DNA of 64,000 bases, taken from contig QPMI01000401.1 in NCBI GenBank assembly GCA_004431415.1, forward strand, positions 124,001 through 188,000, written 5' to 3'. This DNA is from Cyanophora paradoxa CCMP329. Taxonomy: Eukaryota > Plantae > Glaucophyta. The position numbers were made by a program, and so were the translations under genes. A model generated the notes under the pieces. That model ran no database searches and was not told the DNA's origin. It worked only from the letters and a program-made list of their open reading frames with translations. Of the stretch, positions 57,585-64,000 are shown piece by piece (position 1 is the stretch's first letter; each line of letters opens with the position of its first letter).

Positions 57585-59222
57585 ATGAACGCCGAGCCGC
57601 AGCGGCAGCGCGGGCTCCGCAGGCCCTCGCTCGGTTGGGAGCGCGTGGACCCGTCGGGCGTGTTCTCCCGCTCCCACTTCGTCGCTGCAGAGGCGCTCCT
57701 TCTCTTTCGGTCCGTGCCGCGCATTGCTCAGCCGCGCCCTGAGCGGCGCGTCTGATCGCTTCGCAGCGCTGTTGCGCTCGCGCTCGCAGGGGTTGGATTC
57801 ATCGCGCGGGGCGTCATCCGGTGGGAGGACGGCGCGCCCGGAAGGGCCATTCGCGTTGTTCGGCACGCGGACTAGCGCTGCGTGGCTGAGGCCGGGGCGC
57901 AGGCTTCTTCTTCGTGTACTACACGTACTGGACGAGCCTCATGGTGCTGCTGTGGTTCGCGGTGCGCCCGGCGCGGCGGTCCGACCTCCAGCCGCAGCTT
58001 CATCTGACCGGCCAGCGCTAGCAGGTCGCGACGGGGATCTCGGCCGGCTATGTGGCGCGGAAGCGGCGGCGGCGGCGGCGGCGAGAGAAGCTCGCGGCCG
58101 GCTCGGCCGAGCCGGCTGCATCCCCGCCCCCGCTCCCGCCGGCCATGGCCAGCGCCGCCGTGGTCCCCGCCCCGTCGCCCCCGCCGGGTGGCCCGGGGAC
58201 GCCCCTACCCCTCGAGTTCGGCGTGCCGCTCTCCTTGAGGGCAACCGCAGCCCCGCTCCCCGTTTCCGCTCCCGGTGCGGCCGCCCGGCCGAGCAGCTCC
58301 TCCAGATATCCCTCCACCGCGCCCCGGCCACATGCACGCACGCGCAGCCGCGGCTCCTCTGCGGAGCCGGGGGGCGACGCTCGCGCGGCGGGTCCTGTGG
58401 GTCTTCTTCGAAATCGCCCTCACGAGCGCCCTCCTCGTCGTCATCGGTGGCCCCGGCCCCAGACCTCCGCGCGAACCCGCGCCCCCGCGGCGGCGTCCCC
58501 TGACGCGCCCGGCCGCCGCCAGTGGTGTGGATCGTGTTCCCGATCTACGGCGGCATCGAGGGGAGCGGCCCGAGCGGCGTCCAGCGCGGAGGCCTCTCCG
58601 TCTTCACCGAAGTCATCGTCCACGGGTCCGATCCGCCCTCCATTCTCCGCACAAACTTTGTGAAGCTGCAGCGTCGAGCGCTCTCCGGCGCCAGGTTGAA
58701 CGGGGCGGACATGGCCATCGAGCTGTGGCTGGACCGGGTGCCCCTGGGCCGCACGCACTGCCTCTTCGTTCTCCTTTTCGCCCTCGCGTACATGGCGCGC
58801 TCCCCGCCCCCGGCTGCGGCTCTGGATCAAGATTTCCGCTCGCATACATGCGCCCCGCCCGACGCTCACAGCGGCGCCCCCTGCAGGTCTTCGCGTGGAT
58901 AATCTGGGCCGCCACGGGGCGGTGCGCCCGGGCCGGGGAGCTCTTCGGCCCTAGGCCTTACCGGGGCTGCGCCCAGCTGGGTCTACGAGGCGCTGGAGTG
59001 GGGTACGGGGATCTCCGTCGCGTCGTACCTCGGCATCGGTACCCATCCAGCGCGTCCCTTCACAGTACCCCCCATACCCAACGCGTCTCAGGCGCGGCGG
59101 TCGTTGTGGCATTCTTCCTCCTGTACTTCCTCTCCCGGGGCCGCGACGCCCTGGCTGCGCGCCGTGACCGCAAGAAGGGGCGGGTGCAGGGTGACCCGCC
59201 GCCCGGCTCGGCGCCGCTCTAG
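57585..59222 (+). CDS. Rolling-stone-like multipass membrane protein
   Basis: Spliced: SRSHFVAAEALLLFR; FFFVYYTYWTSLMVLLWF; LWVFFEIALTSALLVVI; VIVHG|LNGADMAIELWLDRVPLGRTH; YMVFAWII; VYEALEW. The Y.T.W, H..N and Y..L.W pattern fits the Rost/FAR-17a-like family. Confidence 0.75.
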
Positions 59223-59479
59223 ATCTAAATATCGAGTTAGACCTCCGACCTGCTAGTCCGAAATCAAAGCGTGCCTACAGCTACTTGCAATTGACGATTT
59301 CTGTAAAGAGCTTCGAACAAATTCTTGCTGTAAAGTATAGAAAATACGTGTGAAGACTGACAGAAACGCCTACGGCCGTGGGGGGTGACGGGGCAGGTGC
59401 CAGTGCCACGCACACGGCCCGAGGCCGCCGGGCCGCGCTGGGCGGGGGCGAGGGCGCGCGGGGACGCATGCGCAGCCAC

Positions 59480-60037
59480 CTCGGCAGAGCCGGCCGCGAG
59501 CTTCTCGCGCCGCCGCCGCTTCTGCTTCCGCGCCGCATAGCCGGCCGAGATCCCCGTCGCGATCTGCTGGCCGGGCCGGTCAGATAAAGCTGCGGCTACT
59601 AGGCTAGCGCTGGAGGTACCGGTCGGACCGCGGAGGTCGACGTCGGACCGCGACGCCGGGAGCACCGCGAACCACAACAGCACCATGAGGCTCGTCCAGT
59701 ACTGTAGTATACAACAAAGAAGCCTGCGCCCCGGTTTCAGCCACGCACGCGCAGCGCTCTTCCGCGAGCTGAACAACGCGAAGGGCGCGCCGTCCTCCCA
59801 CCGGATGACGCCCCGCGCAATGAATCCAACCCCTGCGAGCCCGAGCGCAACAGCGCTGCGAGGCGATCAGACGCGCCGCTCGGGGCGCGGCTGAGCAATG
59901 CGCTGCACGGACCGAAAGAGAAGGAGCGCCTCTGCAGCGACGAAATGGGAGCGGGAGAACACGCCCGACGGGTCCACGCGCTCCCAACCGAGCGAGGGCC
60001 TGCGGAGCCCGCGCTGCCGCTGCGGCTCGGCGTTCAT
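59480..60037 (-). pseudogene. Truncated, frameshifted copy of the rolling-stone-like gene
   Basis: Same first exons as 57585; TAC TAC ACG TAC TGG has become TAC TAC AG TAC TGG (1-nt deletion near 59703); homology stops after KLAAGSAE. Confidence 0.8.
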
Positions 60038-60412
60038 GGCCGCCGGCGGTGATGACTGGGGCGGTGCGAGCAGCGCGTGCGGTGGCCGAGAAAAGCGTGC
60101 ACTGCGGCAACTGCACACGGAGTTAACGATTGAAGCTGTCCGAGCGCCGCAAGCGAAGCGCGAATTCGAAGGCGGCCGAACAAGGCCGACTCCTTCCCCC
60201 TCGACTCCTTCCCCCCCGACTCCTCCCCCCTCCCCCCCCAAGACCGCCACGCGCCTGCGCGAGGCCGGCTGATCTTGGCGCGTGGAGCGCGTGGAGCGTG
60301 TGGCGTCCATGCGTCCGCCGGGCGACAAAACCCGGCGCTGCGGCCGCTCGCAGCACATTCCGCAGCAGCGCAAAGCACTCTCTCGCTCCAGCTTCAAGAC
60401 ACGACCGCGCTG

Positions 60413-61078
60413 ATGGAGGCCTCGTTCTGCGCTCCCGTCGCCAGCACCTCTCAGGCCTGCCGATCTGGCCTCGCGCCATCCATCGCCTTCGAGGTGAGCG
60501 CGGCCGCTCGCTCGCGCTCGGGCCCCGCTCGCTGTGCGCACGATCGGCGGCTGACGTGTTGCGCGCAGGCGTCTCGTCGGTCATCTCGCGCCCTCCCGCT
60601 CCCCGCGGCGGCCGTGCCGTCCTCGCCAAGCTCCCGCTTCCTCGGCTCCCGCCAGCAGCTCCGGGCCGCCCCTGCACGGACCTTCGTCCCGAGCGGCGGG
60701 CTCGTTGTGCGGGCGTGCGGCGGGGCGTGCAGCGGCGGCTGCGGGTGCGGCGGGGCGGACGCGAGCCGCGTGGTGACGTTCGACGGGGAGCGGCTGTCGC
60801 CGCCGCCATCGCCGGCCGCGGCGGCGCGGCGCGGCTGCGGCGGCAGCGGCGGGTGCGCTGCGGCGCGGGCGTGCGGCGGTTGCGCGGCGGCGCGGGCGGC
60901 GGGCGCGTGCAGCGGCAGCGGCAGCGGCAGCGGGAGCGGGGCGGGGAGCGTGTTGCCGGGCCCGCGGCCGGTGGCGAGCGCGGAGCCGCACCCGGAGCTG
61001 GGGGCGGCGTCGGGCGCCGACGACTTCTGGGCCCTCGTCTGCGGGGCCGTCGCCTCGCCCTTCGGCGCCCTCTTCTGA
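60413..61078 (+). CDS. Cys/Gly-rich putative plastid-targeted protein, copy B
   Basis: ATG 60413; intron 60494-60568 (GTGAGC...CTGAC...GCAG); same Cys clusters as copy A; ends DDFWALVCGAVASPFGALF*. Confidence 0.65.
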   Translation: MEASFCAPVASTSQACRSGLAPSIAFEVSAAARSRSGPARCAHDRRLTCCAQASRRSSRALPLPAAAVPSSPSSRFLGSRQQLRAAPARTFVPSGGLVVRACGGACSGGCGCGGADASRVVTFDGERLSPPPSPAAAARRGCGGSGGCAAARACGGCAAARAAGACSGSGSGSGSGAGSVLPGPRPVASAEPHPELGAASGADDFWALVCGAVASPFGALF

Positions 61079-61534
61079 GCCGCGGCGCCTGTACCTGTAC
61101 AACCTTTCCACTTTCCATGCAGCCCTCTGTAGTAGAGACCGGGTGTAGCGTAGGCGTAGGTAGGACTAGCCATTGACCTCACGACCTCGGGACCTTATTG
61201 AATGCGTGTCACAGTGTTATAATTATCGAAATACACTTAACTTATAATTATAATTATTCCATCACACATCACGCCCACGACCCGCTCCCGGCCCGGCGGA
61301 GCCTCGGAGCTCCGAGTCTCGCCGCGCGCAAGGGGCTTTGCGGGCCCCAGCACCGGGCCAGCAAAGCATCTAGAACTGCTCGCGATCGCCGGGCAGTGAG
61401 TTCCCCAGTCCAACGCTCGCTGCGGCCTGCAGGCCTCCCCGGCGGCGTCGCTGCACCCAAGACGCGCTCTCCTGATAAGAATCGAGAGTTCCTTCGAAGA
61501 CCGACTAGCAGCTGCGGGGTACTATAGCTACGCG

Positions 61535-62666
61535 CTACGCGGCCTCCTGGCTGGCGGCGGCGGCGCGGCCCTCGCGCACCGCCAGCGCCCGCCGCTCCTC
61601 CGCCTTCTGCTCCTTCTTCAGCTTGTTGTACCTGCCCGGGGCGTCTTGGCGGGGAGGGAGGGGGCGAGGGGGGGTACCGGGGGCCCACCTGGACCACGTC
61701 CACGGCTCCTTGCCGTCCTTGCCGGGCCGCACCTTCTTCTCGCCCTTCGGCGGCGGCATGCCCCGCTTCCTCCCCGCCCACTCCGCTCTGGCCTTCTCCG
61801 CCGCCCTGCGCGCTCGGGGCTCAGCTCGGCGGCGCCGCGCCGCTCAGGGCCGGAGGTGGGCGGCGGGGCGGGGCGGGGCGGGGCGGGCGCACTCGGCGGG
61901 CGAGACCTTGGGCTTGTCCTTGTTCTCCTCGATGAACTTCTGGACCTTCTCCGAGCGCTCCACGAGCCACTTGGGCTTCGCGCGGCCGATGTCCTCGTAG
62001 TACTGCGCGGGGCCGCCGGCGTCACGGCCCGCGGCGCGGCGGGCGGCCGGGTGGGCGGGCGGGCGGCGAGCGCGGCGAGCCTGCTCGGCGAGGTGCTCGG
62101 GGATGTATCCGGCGGCGATCTGCTCGACTGACACCTCCTTGAGGCCGAGCCCCGCCTTGATCTTGGGCTGCGGCGCGCGTGAGGCCGACGCGGCGGCGGC
62201 GGCGCGCCGGGCGGCTGCGGCGCACGTTCTCCTCTAGGAACTGGTCCATCTTCGCGCGCGCCTCCAGCCAGAGCGGCCACTGCTCCATGTTGGGCGTGAC
62301 TGCCGAGCGCGACATGAGCGCGGCGAGGCGTCGTCGGGTCGCGAGGGCCGAGAAGCGCAACGCACTGCGGACGTAGGGGTGCTCCAACGACGCCCGGTAC
62401 TTCTTCTTGCCCGGAGGGTGCGGGCGGATCAAGGCGGGCGGAGGCGGGCCGAGGATCTGGCGCCGCAGCTCAGGATCGGCCCATCGCCGCTCGAACGACT
62501 TGTTATCATCCGAAGCGTCATCCAAGGAGTCCGCGGGGGCCGACGGCGGCGTTGCCAGACCGCGGATCGCTAGCGCCAACGCCGGGACCGCCGATCGCAC
62601 AGGTGCGAGTCGAGATGGCCCTGCGACAGCGCCCCGTGCTAGGGCCGTCGCCCGCCGTACAAGCAT
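61535..62666 (-). CDS. Hypothetical basic protein with a mitochondrial-type presequence
   Basis: MLVRRATALARG...AIRGLAT is Arg/Ala-rich with no acidic residues; five short introns join to ...YNKLKKEQKAEERRALAVREGRAAAASQEAA*. Confidence 0.7.
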
Positions 62667-62733
62667 TTTTGTTTGTCGTACCCCCGATCAATCGCTGGGC
62701 AGACGCTGGCTGGCTGTTCCGTGCAGCGCCAGA

Positions 62734-64000
62734 ATGGAGCAGAAGGGCTCCGGCGGTGCGCAAAATGAGCGGACGCCGCTGCTGGCAACAGGGCAGCAGG
62801 GTAGCAGGCCCAGCTCGCGCGGAGCTCCGGCTGAGAAGCCCAGCAAGCTGCGCGCCTGCTGCGCGAGGGTTTTCAGCAAGAAGGCCGCGATGCTGATCGG
62901 CTTCCTGCTCGTTCTCATCGTGCGCGCCCCAGCCGAGCCGATCTGTTCGAGCGCTAGAGCAGACCAGCTAGCGGCGCTGATCGCGTAGCCCCGCGCGGGT
63001 TCTATCAATCGTCGATCCCGGATGCGCTTACTCGCAACGCGCACCGCAGGTGGTGGCCACCAGCAACCGTATTCTCTACAAGATGATGCTGAACCGCTAC
63101 GCGTTCGAGGGGCACAGCTACGCGTACTTCCTTAACCAGTGGACCGTCGTGCTGTACTGCGCGCTCGCTTGGATCATCGTCCTTTACCGGGTTCGTGGTC
63201 ACCAGCCGAGACGCCCTTTCGGGTGGAGGCCGGCCGCGATCAGCCAGGGCGCGAGCGCTCATCGTTTTCGGCGCAGATGTACTCCTCTGGCGATATCACA
63301 CCGGAAATGCGCAAGTACCCGATGCAGCGCTTCGCCGGCATGGGCCTGTTCGACGCCCTGTCGTCGTTCCTCGGCGTCATTGGCGGCGGTGCGCGCAGTG
63401 CGGCCAGATCGCGGTTATCCTGACGCGCGCGTGCTTGGCGCTCGCAGTGTACACCGCCGGTCAGCTGCAGACGCTCCTGGACCAGGTGACTGGCTGTTTC
63501 TTCCCCGTCTCGTTTCCTTTTCGCTGCTTTTGCCGAGACCCTCCCGCACGCAGGGCGTGATCCCTTGGACGATGATCGCATCGCTCGTCTTCTTGTCTGC
63601 CCGGTACAACCGCCTGCAGGTCCGCGGCCCGTCCGCCCCCACCCGCGACGGCCGCTGGGGACCGATGCGCCCCGCTCAGTTTATGGGCGCGTTCCTTATC
63701 TGCTGCGGCGTGGGCTTGGCCACCGTTCCCGCGTTCAAGGTCCGCTTCGCGCGCCCCTCTCGCCGCGCCCGCGCGCGCCGTAACTAGAGCCTGGCAGGGG
63801 GGGCACTTGGGCGCGAACAACCGGGTCTCCTCCATCATCGTGTACGCGACGAGCAGGTACCCCCCCTTCCCTCCGTCCCCTTACGCTAGCCCTGCTGGTG
63901 CTGTTCCCCCCTGAAGCGGCTCCCGCGCAGCGTCCCCAACGCGCTCAGCAACGTGTACAAGGAGTTTGCGTTCAAGGACCAGGTACCGCCGTACCCCCCG
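62734..64000 (+). CDS. CRT-like (chloroquine-resistance-transporter family) protein, runs off the window
   Basis: VVATSNRILYKMML; YAYFLNQ; GDITPEMRKYPMQRFAGMGLFDAL; QTLLDQGVIPWTMIASLVFLSARY; VPNALSNVYKEFAF. Confidence 0.9.

Larger units (their letters stand above)
56700..60915. repeat. Inverted duplication: arms about 56700-58110 and 59480-60915, spacer about 1.4 kb
   Basis: ORF translations on opposite strands are nearly identical (e.g. 56604-57320 minus vs 60130-61176 plus); sequence identity was confirmed by eye. Confidence 0.95.

Overview
Very GC-rich, intron-dense eukaryotic nuclear DNA. An alga with a primary plastid is likely; glaucophyte/Cyanophora-like is my inference from transit peptides with an early aromatic residue plus an S-x-F-L-G motif. 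About 14 spliced genes can be reconstructed by eye: a TPR-like protein, an E/R-rich helical protein, a chromate transporter, a 2xRRM+RS protein, a low-complexity hypothetical, a BFN-like/UVR plastid protein, an SLC35F6-like transporter, a CBM20 protein, a leukotriene-A4-hydrolase-like M1 peptidase, two copies of a Cys/Gly-rich plastid-targeted protein, a rolling-stone-like membrane protein, a mitochondrial protein and a CRT-like transporter. Mobile DNA comprises a 5'-truncated 5.9 kb L1/Tx1-type retrotransposon with a 10-bp TSD, five short poly(A) retroposon copies and four TA-flanked CTG...CAG MITEs. The most unusual signals are: (1) duplicated segments repeatedly differ by 6-bp insertions that turn a triplet X into X-revcomp(X)-X, which fills non-coding DNA with palindrome mosaics; (2) a strand-oriented GTAC(CCC) excess in gene bodies; (3) frequent GC-AG introns with G(T/C)NCGC donors; (4) a homogenised inverted duplication carrying a metallothionein-like plastid protein. 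Gene coordinates are start-to-stop spans including introns, and all alignments and counts were done by eye.
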